From the IMG/VR virus record IMGVR_UViG_3300037141_000177, positions 9,972 to 73,971 of that record: 64,000 nt of DNA, one strand, 5' to 3'. The position numbers and the translations under genes are program-made. Of the stretch, positions 29,102 to 39,112 are shown one piece after another (the stretch's first letter is position 1; each line of letters begins with the position of its first letter). The notes beneath the pieces are model-generated. The model did no database searches, was not told where the DNA came from, and worked only from the letters and a program-made list of their open reading frames with translations. Source of the DNA: a virus.

Positions 29102-29950
29102 ATGAATCACTCTTTTGACATCGATCACGCTGCTCGCTTCGGGACCAACGAAGCGATCCTGATCGAGTGCATCGCCTTCTGGGTCCGCACGAACAAGGCC
29201 AATGGAACGGGCGAGTTCGAAGGCCGGACCTGGACCTACAACTCCGTGCGCGCCTATGCGGTGATGTTCCCCTACATGTCCGCCGGTCAGGTGCGCCGCG
29301 CGCTCGAGCACCTCGTCGAGCTCAACGTGCTCATGGTCGGCGAGTTCAACGCCAAAGCGGGCGACCGGACCAAGTCCTACGCGTTCGTCGACGACCGGCC
29401 TTTTCAGCCTGAAGTCGACCATTTGTCGCTGGCAGCAAATGGTCCCGAAACGCCCGAAACCGACCATTTGTCATTGGCGACAAATGGTCCCGAAACACCC
29501 GAAACTGACCATTTGTCACCGGCAGCAAATGGGGCCGACCATTTGTCACTGGTGCCAACTCCATTTGTCACCAGTGACAAGTCACTAATAAGTACAGTTG
29601 TAAACACAGTTAACCCGGCGGTGAAGCCCAAAAAAGCCCCGCCTGCGGCGCCTGATCTCGCGCCTGGTGAGCCGCTCTGGTCGAGGACCGACGAGTCGAT
29701 CATGGCGCGCGGAGTCGAGCTGGGCGTCGCGCCGCTTGTGGGCGAATCGATGACGGCGTTCAAAAACCGGATTCAGGCAAAAACCGACCCGGTGAAAGCA
29801 AAACCCGCTCGCGCAAACGTTGCCGTCTCCGCTTCTGTGCAATCCCGGGCTCCGTTGCCCCGGCCAGCCGTACCGACGCCCGAGGTAATCGCGGCCAGAC
29901 GCCGAGCGCTTGACCACGCGCTGCACGGTCAGCAGGGGAGACTGCATTGA
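29102..29950 (+). CDS. Phage replication initiator-like wHTH protein
   Basis: HSFD..A..G..EAIL..I.FW..N, GRTWTYNS, FPY.S..Q.RR.L; internal DNA repeats. Confidence 0.75.
   Translation: MNHSFDIDHAARFGTNEAILIECIAFWVRTNKANGTGEFEGRTWTYNSVRAYAVMFPYMSAGQVRRALEHLVELNVLMVGEFNAKAGDRTKSYAFVDDRPFQPEVDHLSLAANGPETPETDHLSLATNGPETPETDHLSPAANGADHLSLVPTPFVTSDKSLISTVVNTVNPAVKPKKAPPAAPDLAPGEPLWSRTDESIMARGVELGVAPLVGESMTAFKNRIQAKTDPVKAKPARANVAVSASVQSRAPLPRPAVPTPEVIAARRRALDHALHGQQGRLH
29417..29580. repeat. Intragenic palindromic iterons (GACCATTTG-N10-CAAATGG), candidate lytic origin
   Basis: Units at 29417, 29462 and 29507 (45-bp period), plus partial copies at 29537 and 29561. Confidence 0.75.
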
Positions 29951-30474
29951 GTTCCGGCCTTCGATGGACAGCCGCCCAATTTGACGCCCACAGCGCCCGT
30001 CTCGCCGCTGCGCTGGCGCCGGACGTCCCAATCCCCGGGTTGGCTGTGGCGACCCGGCCACGGCCCGCTGCTGCCGCGCAGGCGGTCAATGCTGAGGCGG
30101 TTCTGCGTGCTCACGCGGCCACCGAGCGTTTTCAAGCGCTTGGCAGAATGCCTAAAACGTCGATGAACCGGACGGAGGCGGCTTATGCGGAGCTCCTCGA
30201 CGAGCGAAAACACGCGCGCCAGATCATCGAGTGGCGGTTTCACCCGATGAACGTACGCCTGGCACCGAATACGTTCTACGAGGTCGACTGGCTGGTGTTC
30301 GCCGCCGACCTCGGGCTGGAAATTCATGAAACGAAAGGTGGTTTTACGACGGTGCACGGCCAGCTGAAAATCAAGTTGTGCGCCGCGGTGCTGCCGTTTA
30401 TTCGCATGTTCAAGGTCACGCGCCTGGCGAAGAAGCTCGGCGGCGGATGGCACAGCCAGGAGTATTTCGCATGA
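29947..30474 (+). CDS. DUF1064-like PD-(D/E)XK nuclease
   Basis: MNRTE..YA..L, Y.VDW, HETKG. Confidence 0.7.
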   Translation: MSSGLRWTAAQFDAHSARLAAALAPDVPIPGLAVATRPRPAAAAQAVNAEAVLRAHAATERFQALGRMPKTSMNRTEAAYAELLDERKHARQIIEWRFHPMNVRLAPNTFYEVDWLVFAADLGLEIHETKGGFTTVHGQLKIKLCAAVLPFIRMFKVTRLAKKLGGGWHSQEYFA

Positions 30475-30686
30475 GCGCAGCGATGGTTTCGATTGGATGG
30501 CGGTTCGACCGCGCCCTAGCGGCGCTGCGCACAGGGCGGGACGTCGACTTCACGAAGTACAGCAAGATTTTCGAGATCGACGAAGCCCGGACGATTGTGA
30601 TTTTCATGGACGCCGCGTGCTCGCTCGGCGTCTGTCTCGAGGTGCGAGCTGATCCGGTGCTGCATTGACCAGCTTCAGGAGCAGAT

Positions 30687-31280
30687 GTGATGGAAAAAGA
30701 CGCGGCGGTTGCGGTCCTTTACTTCCGGCCAGATGGGGTGCCCGGGCGCTATTTCGAGTGTGCGCATTACGGCGTGATGAGCGTGGGGGCGTGCGCGCGT
30801 AATTTCTCGGCGGCGCCGGAGTCAGCCAAGACCGGGCGTCTGCAGCGCTGTGTCGGCTGTGCGATCGGCAGGAAGCACGCAGGGACGGTGCTCGACGAGC
30901 CGGTGAGCGCGCGGGTCGCCACCTCGGTGGTGTATCGCATCGCGTGTGTGCGGTGTCGTCGCGACGGCAAGCATTCGGGCACGCGGCTGATCGGTCGGCT
31001 GCGCCTGGTGCGGGGCCACACGATTTGCGTGAGCTGCTTCAATCGCGAGGCCGAGGTTCGCCGCGGTGCGAATTCGAAGGGCGCCAGGCCGAAAAAATGG
31101 GCGGGTTTGTTCTCCACGCGTGCGGCCTACGTGGCGAGCGCGAAGGCGGTCGTGCTCACGCATCCGAGTCCAGTTGTGGACCGCATTGAGCTCGCGCTGA
31201 CGTTGATTCGGTGCGGCCACGACAGCGGCATTGTGTGGGCGCGCTCCGTGGTCCAGCGCGACATCGAGGCGAAGGGGTAG
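30687..31280 (+). CDS. Cys-rich zinc-binding protein
   Basis: C..C..G..H, C.RC.R, CVSC.NRE.E. Confidence 0.6.
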   Translation: MMEKDAAVAVLYFRPDGVPGRYFECAHYGVMSVGACARNFSAAPESAKTGRLQRCVGCAIGRKHAGTVLDEPVSARVATSVVYRIACVRCRRDGKHSGTRLIGRLRLVRGHTICVSCFNREAEVRRGANSKGARPKKWAGLFSTRAAYVASAKAVVLTHPSPVVDRIELALTLIRCGHDSGIVWARSVVQRDIEAKG

Positions 31281-31283
31281 GGC

Positions 31284-31688
31284 GTGCGGGTGTTCCAGTT
31301 CGATCTGTTCGATCCCACCGCGACGAAGGACGCCGGCGAGCCCGAGGCCGTCAAAAGGCCGCGTCTGTCCGCTGGCTGGCAGTTGGCTAACCACGCGTGC
31401 CGATTCTGTTTCGGGCGCGTGCTGCAGCGTGTGGCGGGGGGCAGGGTGGTCGAGGTGCGCTGCGCGGAGTGTGGGAAAAGCGCGGACGGCTTGCCGCGGA
31501 TGCTTTGTTGCTGCGGGGCGGAGTGTGGCGATCTCGGGTATGTGCTCGAGTGCGTCAGAAACCGGAACGTGACGAATGAAGTCCCGCACGAGATCCTCGT
31601 GCGCGAGCGGCTCGTGCCCGTGACGACGGAGGTACGTCCAGCTTCCCGGCCGGTGCTCGAGCATGGCACCTCGGGGAGAGAAAAGTAA
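31284..31688 (+). CDS. Cys-rich zinc-binding protein
   Basis: HACR.CFGRVL, RCAECG, LCCCG, C..N. Confidence 0.6.
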   Translation: MRVFQFDLFDPTATKDAGEPEAVKRPRLSAGWQLANHACRFCFGRVLQRVAGGRVVEVRCAECGKSADGLPRMLCCCGAECGDLGYVLECVRNRNVTNEVPHEILVRERLVPVTTEVRPASRPVLEHGTSGREK

Positions 31689-31700
31689 CGCTGCTTGGCG

Positions 31701-31716
31701 GTCGTGACGCGAGACT
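31701..31716 (+). promoter_or_regulatory. Putative late promoter motif GTCGTGACGCGAGACT
   Basis: Intergenic, upstream of the HU-like gene. Confidence 0.6.
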
Positions 31717-31755
31717 GGTTTCATCGAATACGGTTAGTTATCAACGGGAAATACG

Positions 31756-32043
31756 ATGAACAGGCTGCAGTTTGTTGAGGCTGTCGCGAAGATTTCGAAG
31801 CTCGGTGTCAAGCAGGTGGCGTCGGTGTTGCTCGGCATCGAGGAAGTCGCGGCAGCGGAAATTAAAGAATTCGGCCTGGTGCGCGTTCCCGGCCTGGTGA
31901 TGATCAAGCGGCTCGACCGCGGCGAGCGCCTGGTGCGCAATCCGAAAACGGGCGAAGAGTTTCTGATGGGTGCCACGATTACGGTGCGATCGAAGCCTTC
32001 GCTGGCGTTTTCGGACCGCATCAAGCTTGAGAATCCTGTTTGA
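31756..32043 (+). CDS. HU/IHF-like DNA-binding protein
   Basis: MNRLQFVEAVA, V.VPGL, RNPKTGE. Confidence 0.85.
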   Translation: MNRLQFVEAVAKISKLGVKQVASVLLGIEEVAAAEIKEFGLVRVPGLVMIKRLDRGERLVRNPKTGEEFLMGATITVRSKPSLAFSDRIKLENPV

Positions 32044-32220
32044 CGGTGCGGTCCCGCCAAGCAGGTTCAGAGGCGGTCAATATCACTTGCAGATGTGAGC
32101 GTGGCGGGTGTGGGCCGGTCATCGAGGCATCACACAATCGGACAGGCCCGAGCTCCCGGGTTAGTCGCGCGTCGCATCGGACGGCCGAGAAAGAACGGCA
32201 CCAACACCCCAAGGACGCAG

Positions 32221-32589
32221 ATGAATATCTCTTGGTTCAAGCTTCGGGGCGATCGTCGCCTCGAGGCGCTTTTAGTCAACGTACATCACAAACTAGGATT
32301 AATTATGAGCGCTCTTGACGACCTGACGGCAGAAGTAGCCGCGAACACGGCAGTGGAAGCATCAGCTGTCACCTTGATTACGGGCATCGCTGCGCAACTC
32401 GCTGCGGCACTCGCAGCATCGTCGGCCTCGGAAGACCCGGCGCTGGTCGCTCTGACGGCCCAGCTCACCGCGAGCGCATCGGCATTGGGCGCAGCAGTCA
32501 CGGCGAACACTCCGGCTGTCGCACCGGCTGATCCGGCGCCCGCCGATCCGGCACCGTCTGACCCTGTACCAGCTGATCCGACCGCTTAA
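32221..32589 (+). CDS. Ala-rich protein with Pro-Ala-Asp tail
   Basis: LDDL.AEVA.NT.VE.SA..LI.G; PADP repeats; start may be 32305. Confidence 0.55.
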   Translation: MNISWFKLRGDRRLEALLVNVHHKLGLIMSALDDLTAEVAANTAVEASAVTLITGIAAQLAAALAASSASEDPALVALTAQLTASASALGAAVTANTPAVAPADPAPADPAPSDPVPADPTA

Positions 32590-32606
32590 TTGAGGTTCGG
32601 TTAAAA

Positions 32607-32747
32607 GGGCGAAAAGCAGATGCGTGGGGCTCATTAGCTATGAGCCTTTTCCGATAATCGACGCACGAAACCCCGGTTAGGCGTCGGCCCGGAAGGCCAG
32701 ATTATTGGCCCTGATGGTGCGGAACGGGCGCGTAGCGGAAGTAGCCC
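32607..32747 (+). ncRNA. Candidate structured RNA
   Basis: Nested stems GGCTCAT/ATGAGCC, CCGATAATC/GATTATTGG, GACGC/GCGTC, GGCC/GGCC, closed by GGGC..GCCC. Confidence 0.4.
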
Positions 32748-32804
32748 CCAATCGATGGCCCGGGCGTATCAGCCGGCGGCAATGTCTAAACCTTGGAGTG
32801 AAAG

Positions 32805-33110
32805 ATGACCGATACCTTGCAGCAAGCCGCAGATGCGGTGTTGAAAGATGCGACGGATGCTGCTGCGGCCGAGGCCACGTCGGGCACTGCGGCTGCTACG
32901 CTGTTGGTGGCCGCCGACGCGGCTCACATCGTTGATGAAGCGGTGATCGCAGGCACTGGCGTGGTCGCCGCGGCCTCGACCGAGATCGAAGCGGAATTGC
33001 CTGCTGCCGAGACGCTGTGGGAAAAGATCAAGGCGGATCTAGCTGGCATCGTCGAATGGCCTTTGCATGAATGGGAATATCTCGAAGCGGCCGTTAAACG
33101 GCATCTTTAG
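32805..33110 (+). CDS. Acidic Ala-rich hypothetical protein
   Basis: GGAG RBS, 101 aa. Confidence 0.55.
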   Translation: MTDTLQQAADAVLKDATDAAAAEATSGTAAATLLVAADAAHIVDEAVIAGTGVVAAASTEIEAELPAAETLWEKIKADLAGIVEWPLHEWEYLEAAVKRHL

Positions 33111-33119
33111 GCTGGACGG

Positions 33120-33620
33120 GCCGGGTCGAACCCGGCACCTTCAGAGAACGGCATCGGGGCCTTGCGGCCTGCGCCCCGTCGGGAGTGGATCCACACCGAC
33201 GATGGTAAAGACCGGTGCCGTTCTCTGAAGGTAAAGCCGGTCGCGATGCCGGTAGCAGAACCAACCTCTGCGGATCGCTAAAAATGCCGGGTTGCCACCC
33301 GGGACGGCGCGTGCGACGAGCAGGTTAATGCTGACTGGACTTCGTGTGCCGCTGGAGTAGCGACCAGACGCCTTCTTCGAACCCCAGCCCGGGATGTAAT
33401 GGGCACCTCGGTGGAATGCCGAGGGCCATCATGCAAGACGGCTCATGGCCCGTTCGGGCCAGCGGGCAGCGCGAACACGATTTGCTTGTGAGCCGTCTTG
33501 ACATGAAGGTGAATGCGCAGGCTGATGCGCAGCTGCACAAGCGGTCCTTGTTCGCTCCTACGCGGGTGCAGCCGCCAAATGCCGGAAGATGTCAGCACCG
33601 GTCGCCTTCTTCGATCAAGT
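33120..33620 (+). ncRNA. Structured RNA cluster with long stems and tRNA-like cloverleaf elements
   Basis: 17-bp stem 33137-33153/33216-33232, 12-bp stem 33434-33445/33489-33500, four-way junction 33505-33609. Confidence 0.55.
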
Positions 33621-33649
33621 AGGCCACCGTCAACCACCAAGGAAACACC

Positions 33650-33952
33650 ATGAGCTATTCGTTTAATATCCGCGCTGCTTCGAAGGCCAATGCGCGCGAG
33701 CGTGCAGCCCAAGAGTTTGACAGTGTGGTCGCTTCGCAGCCGGTGCACGCGCAAGACCGAACGGCGGCACTCGCGGCGCTCGATGCGTACCTGGACCTGC
33801 TGGTGGATGACGCCACCCGCGACATCATCGTGTCAGTCAACGGCTCGGTGAGCTATGACTGGGCACCGGATGTCGAAGCCACGGCGGTCCCACTGACCAA
33901 CGCTTCGGTGGGCGTGGGCGCGTACTTGGCCCCCCGCGAAGCGGCCGAGTAA
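33650..33952 (+). CDS. Hypothetical protein
   Basis: AAGGA RBS; flanked by 19-bp direct repeats. Confidence 0.65.
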   Translation: MSYSFNIRAASKANARERAAQEFDSVVASQPVHAQDRTAALAALDAYLDLLVDDATRDIIVSVNGSVSYDWAPDVEATAVPLTNASVGVGAYLAPREAAE

Positions 33953-34063
33953 GCCACGAGTCACCTTCTTCGATCAAGCGTAACGGTGCCCTCTGGTTTT
34001 GCTTGCGCTGACAGAGATTCATTGGAATGCGTCCGCAACGTGGCATCGTGACTTGAGTAAGGG

Positions 34064-34087
34064 AACCGGCTTCGCGCCGGTTTTTTT
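34064..34087 (+). terminator. Intrinsic terminator between convergent operons
   Basis: AACCGGC-ttcgc-GCCGGTT plus T run. Confidence 0.8.
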
Positions 34088-34280
34088 ACGCCCGCGTTCT
34101 GAAGGGGGAACGCCGCACGCGGATGCCGCGCGACTCGCGCTCGGCGAGCAGCTGGTGGTAAAGCCTGCTCATGTAGATGGCGGGTGACGAGATGCCCGTC
34201 TCTCGAGCGGCCCGGTACGCGGTGGCACCGTCCTTGATTAGCTCGATTGCGGCCAGCATCCGGGCGCTCGGTATGTTCAC
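34086..34280 (-). CDS. Small HTH protein
   Basis: AI.LI.DG.T.Y.AARETGIS..AIY. Confidence 0.55.
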   Translation of the reverse strand: MNIPSARMLAAIELIKDGATAYRAARETGISSPAIYMSRLYHQLLAERESRGIRVRRSPFRTRA

Positions 34281-34693
34281 TTGACGACCTTGATGGCGGT
34301 GCCGCGCGTGTCTGCGACGGGCTTCCTCACCATAGCTTCGCCGAAGCCGTCAGCGGGGTAGATTGAGTGGTGGCAGTGTGGGCATATCGGCACCATCTTG
34401 TGCCGCCGCCACGCTTCCTCGACCTTGAGCGCGGCCTTCAGGACAACGGTCTTTTTCTCCAGCTCAATTTGCCGCTCCTCGCGCGCCAGAATCTTTTCCC
34501 GGGCTTTCCTGTATTGCTCGAGGAAATGGTTCATGGTCCACCACGCGGTCAACTGCACGCCGCAGTCGTCGCACTTAATAATCTCGCCTTTATCGTCGAG
34601 CGTGATGTGGAGGTGCTGGCACTCAGGCGCTGGGCGGAAAAGTCGCTGATCCCGTGTGAGGCGCATCTCCTCAATGTCGATGACGACTCTCAT
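34277..34693 (-). CDS. Zinc-finger phage protein
   Basis: C.H, C.DC and CPHC motifs. Confidence 0.55.
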   Translation of the reverse strand: MRVVIDIEEMRLTRDQRLFRPAPECQHLHITLDDKGEIIKCDDCGVQLTAWWTMNHFLEQYRKAREKILAREERQIELEKKTVVLKAALKVEEAWRRHKMVPICPHCHHSIYPADGFGEAMVRKPVADTRGTAIKVVK

Positions 34694-37312
34694 CGGTTGG
34701 GCACGCGGGGCAGGGCGTTAAATTCGGCCATGTCCATTGCATGGATCAAGTCCATTGCCGTCATCGGGCACGCGGCGCAAAGCCGTACGACCTCCTGCCT
34801 GCCATCGGGACGTACGACCGTGACGTCGTGGTCAACCGCAGGCAGCAGGTCGCTGGCGGGCGTGTTGGGGTTGCTGGTGCATGCGCTGATGGGACGGAGG
34901 CGAGTCGGTTTCACGGCGGTGGTCCTGAAAACGGTTATGCGCTTTTCGCCAGCGCGGACGGGAAGGCACGCGGGTGACGGGTTATCTCGATTTGACCGGG
35001 CAGGCACATCGTGACGGTGCCGTGCTGATCGTTGGCGAGCAATTGCGTGATCGTGCTGATTACCGACAGCGTGAGGGCCGCAGGCGGCTTCCCGGCGAGT
35101 AAGTACGCCTGCAGCGCGGCGACCGCGGGGACGACGTCGGTCCGGACCAATTGCTGAAGCTCGAGCGTTTTCATAAATTTTCTCTCGTCTGCGGCCCTTT
35201 GTTGTCGCGAGGGCTCGACGTTGTTTTCGGGTGCTGGATTTAAGGGCTGTTTCTCGTCTGACTTATTGCTCGAATCCATCATGCCCATTACTCCGCACAC
35301 ATCAAAGAGAACGTTTGTTATCAAACGATTTTATGAAAAACGCCTATTCGATCGCTGCCTTGGCGAGGCTCCAAGCCTTGCACCACGCGCAAATGGTCCC
35401 AGCCTTCGCGCCGTTGTCAGAATCCCACACGCCTGGCACGCTGTGGCCGTGTCCTGGCGCATTGCCGTCGTCCTCGTCGTCGCCGAGTTCGCGCACGACC
35501 GCGCTCAGGATCTCGCGGAAACGTTCGGCGTCCTGGCGAAGTGTCTGCATCGTCTGGTAAGCACGCACGCGCTCCATCGGCATGTCAGTTCGCTCGATCA
35601 GGATCCTCGCGCGCTGGACTTGGTCGGTGTGGTTTGCCTTCCAATGGTCACGCTCGGCGGTCAGCGTCTTGATCTGCGCCTGTAGCGTCGACACATCGGG
35701 ATCTGTCGTCAAAGCGTCACCCGCGACTCACGCATGAATTCCGGCGTTGCCTGCATCGTTTTGATGGCGGTACCGCGCTCCTCCTGCGTGAGCAGATCGC
35801 GCAACACCATGCGGGCGAGCGTGGCCGCTCGGTGCGGGTCCAGTTGCACGCAACCCGGTCCGGTGAGGTCTTGGGGGATCACATGCCAAAGGAAGGCATA
35901 GGCCCGGGCAATGCCGGCGAGCTGGGCAGCGATGCGCACATCCGGGTCGTTGTTCTGGTCAGGGGTCGTTTCGGTCGTCATGATGCGGCTCCTTGTCGCG
36001 CGATGCGGTCGCGCTCGTTTGCTTCGGTGACGCTCAATTCCTCGGCGGCTCGGACGAGCAGCTTGGCGACGGTGGACTGCAGCAGTCTCAAAATAAGCAC
36101 CGACTGGCTCGTCGGACCGCTGGACATTGAGTCGGCTACGCGGTCTAGCTGCCAGCGCGCCTGCATGTAAAGCTCCGCGGTGTTCTCAGGCGCCATTGGT
36201 TCGTCTGGTGGTTCGGCGCGGTCGGTCATTGCTTGCCGTCCGGCGGGTTGTGGCCACGGCCTTCGTTGTTTGCAATGAATTCTTTCATGGCCACGATCAT
36301 GTCCTCGCGACTGGCGCTGGAGATGTAGTTCATCCGGCCTTCATGGGTGCCTGTCATGAAGATCATCAGCGTAAAGCCGATGGGAGGAGGGAATATATCG
36401 CCCAACACATGGGCGATCTTGTTCATTGATTCGCGATAGTCCGCTTCGATTGGTCGTTCGCCGTCTGTGGTCACTGTGGTGCTCCTTTTTGGAGATGGCT
36501 ACATTTGGAGCCATCTCTTTGTGGTGTGTTCATGCTGGTTTGCCGTTGACGGCCGCGTGCACGGCTGCGATCAGCAGCAGGCCGATGTCGTGCCGCATCT
36601 TTCCGTCCTCGACGCCCTGGTGAGCGATTCGGGCGAGTTCGACGGTCAGCGCGTCGACGTTCGGTTCGATGCCCGCCGCGGTGCGCGGCGCTTGGCCCAT
36701 CATCGCGCGGTACACGGCGGCGCAGACGTCGCGGCCAACCTCCGGTGTGGACTGGCGGTGCCAGTTGACCGGTCGCTCGGCATCGCCGGCGCTGAGCATC
36801 CGGTCTGTCGGCTCGAGCGGGGAAAGCTGCCATGCGGTTTCGTCGAAGGTGATCGTTTTCAATGCAGCCCCACGATGATGGCGTCAAGCGCTTCGCACTC
36901 GCTGGGATCCAAAAGACGCCCTATGTATGACGGCGGAACCTTGGCCGAATACTCGGGTGGGAGTCCCGTTCCCCGCACTTCGCCTCCCGGGTTGCAGCCT
37001 GTGAGCCATGAAGTGGTCATTGCTTCGCCGAAGCCGTCAGCGGTGACGATGCACGCGCCTAAGAACTGGGTGCCCTTCGGACGACGCGCGTCGGCAAAAC
37101 TCAGCCAGTAAAGCGTGGGAGTAGCTTTTTTGCTGGTCATGGATCGACCTTTTCGTTGGTGTCGACGGAATGGTCCGCCAGCGCGGCGTCGATGCGCGCG
37201 AGCAGCTCGACGGGCACGCTCAACGTCCGAAAATTGCCAATCGGCAGACCTGTGCGCATACTTTTGTTCGCGTGGCGCTTGAGCGCGGCCAGTTCGCGCA
37301 GCAGGTCGAGGC

Positions 37313-37612
37313 TCATTTCAGCCCGCCGAAGTCACTGTCTGGCACGATCACCACATCGCCGTGGATGCTGTATTCGTTTACGCGGCCACACTTGTCGTGG
37401 TAGATCGCGGTGGCCTTCGGATTGATCGGACGCCCATCGACCATGCCTGTGTCGTCCACCAGCATGACGTGGATGTGATCGGGCAGGTTGACGCTGTCGA
37501 GGCATTCGGCACCGATCAGTTCGCAAACCTCTCTGATGGACAGCTTGCCTGGAAGCGGCGATTCGGCGCCGTCGACGCGGATTAGCTTGCGGGTGACAGG
37601 TGGGTTATTCAT
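37313..37612 (-). CDS. DUF3846-like protein
   Basis: MLVDD.G...G.P.N..AT..Y, I.GDVVI. Confidence 0.5.
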   Translation of the reverse strand: MNNPPVTRKLIRVDGAESPLPGKLSIREVCELIGAECLDSVNLPDHIHVMLVDDTGMVDGRPINPKATAIYHDKCGRVNEYSIHGDVVIVPDSDFGGLK

Positions 37613-38542
37613 GTTGGGTTTCCGGTGGCAATGACGGCTCGAGCTTCGTTGCAGAGTGCTCCTGCAAAGCATTCGCACGGGCCTTTAGGTGGGATCGCAT
37701 CTTGTGGGCATCCGTGATAGTGGTGCTCGCCAAACTCGTGCAGAAGGCGCCTGATCATCTCCAGTGGAGCGCTCGCGGCTTGCGCATTGGCTGCGCCGCC
37801 GTTATAAGGCGTCGATGGCTGAAACCCGTCATCGACTGGACCGTCGGCAAAGTCAGGACCGGCATCGGCTTGCGCACTGGCTGGGGGTGCGGCGTCGTAC
37901 AGCGGGTGAAGTTGGCTATTGGCTATGAATGTCGGGGCCTCGAAACCGATAGCCTTGACCACGCTGCCACCTTTGCCGAGATCGTTCCACCAGTACGCCG
38001 TTGGGTCTGTGGTGCTGGCCTGGTCCAGATGCTTGAGCACAAATGACAAGTCGCCGTGCGTTTTCTTCCATGCTGGGTTTGCATCGCTGGGTCGCGCGCT
38101 CGCATGTGCCCGTCGGATCTGCAGCAGACGCTCATCGCCCGTCATGTTGCCGCTCCGCTCGCAGCATCTGCGTGCGCAATCGCAATGTTGATCGACTCAA
38201 TAATGCGAGTGGTCATGCTGTCGGTATCTGTCTCGAGCGTCAGTTCGTTGCCTTCAGCGTCGTCGATCTCGACCGATCCCGAGTCTTTTTCGAGGCAAAT
38301 ACGCATGACGTAACCTATCGGCAATTCGGCTGCTGCGCGCTGCATCGCCTCCTCACCGGCGTTGGCTTGCTTCCTTTTCAACAGCGCGACCGCGTGAAGG
38401 ATTGGACCGGCGCCACCCGATTCTTCAGGGTCGATATCGAGTGCATGGGTGATCGCCGCAAGATCGCGCACGGCATCTTCAAACATACGCGTCATTGCCC
38501 CGAGTTCGTCGCGCGCTCGCTCGATTTCGTGATTGGAGTCGG

Positions 38543-39112
38543 TCATGGCGCGTCTCCCTTTGCGAGGGTGCTCGGGGCTTGCGCATTGGCAGCGAGAATG
38601 TTTTGGGCTGCGGCATACATATCGCCTTCCTGTAATTCCCATGATTCCCCTAGATGCCCGGTCGTCTTTTGGCCTTCTTTCTTGATGGCCTCGACTACGG
38701 CTTCTTTCGTCAGCACGGCTTGCGCATTGGCTGCGTTATCTCGATAGCGCGGCCGAGCGGGCGGGGGCGTGGCGCGGGCGTACATGGCGTACGGGCCGTC
38801 CTCCGTGTCGTAGATATCAATGAGCATCCACCCGGTGCCTTCCGGCGGGGTGGGAATCCAGTACGAGCAGTCGGCATCGGCCGCATCGTTGTAGCGGTCG
38901 TATGCCTCGCTGTCGTCCGCTTCCATGCTCACGAAGTCGGATTCCATGCCGAAGGCTGCGAGGAACAGGTCTGTTCGCACATCCTCGTCGTATAGCGGAA
39001 ACGCCGGATGCGTCAGCCAGCCTTCGGCATCGCGGGCGATCTCGCGCGGTGCGAGCAACGCGTCGCGCAGGCCCTCGAGTTCGGCGGGAGCAGCGATCAC
39101 GGGATCGGTCAT
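38543..39112 (-). CDS. Ead/Eaa-like early phage protein
   Basis: RD.EGW..HP, W.P..P.G.GW.L..I.DTEDGP.A. Confidence 0.55.
   Translation of the reverse strand: MTDPVIAAPAELEGLRDALLAPREIARDAEGWLTHPAFPLYDEDVRTDLFLAAFGMESDFVSMEADDSEAYDRYNDAADADCSYWIPTPPEGTGWMLIDIYDTEDGPYAMYARATPPPARPRYRDNAANAQAVLTKEAVVEAIKKEGQKTTGHLGESWELQEGDMYAAAQNILAANAQAPSTLAKGDAP

Noticed and set aside
33120-33620. Canonical tRNA genes
   Set aside because: No GGTTCGA T-loop with a proper acceptor stem and 7-nt anticodon loop; kept only as tRNA-like structures.
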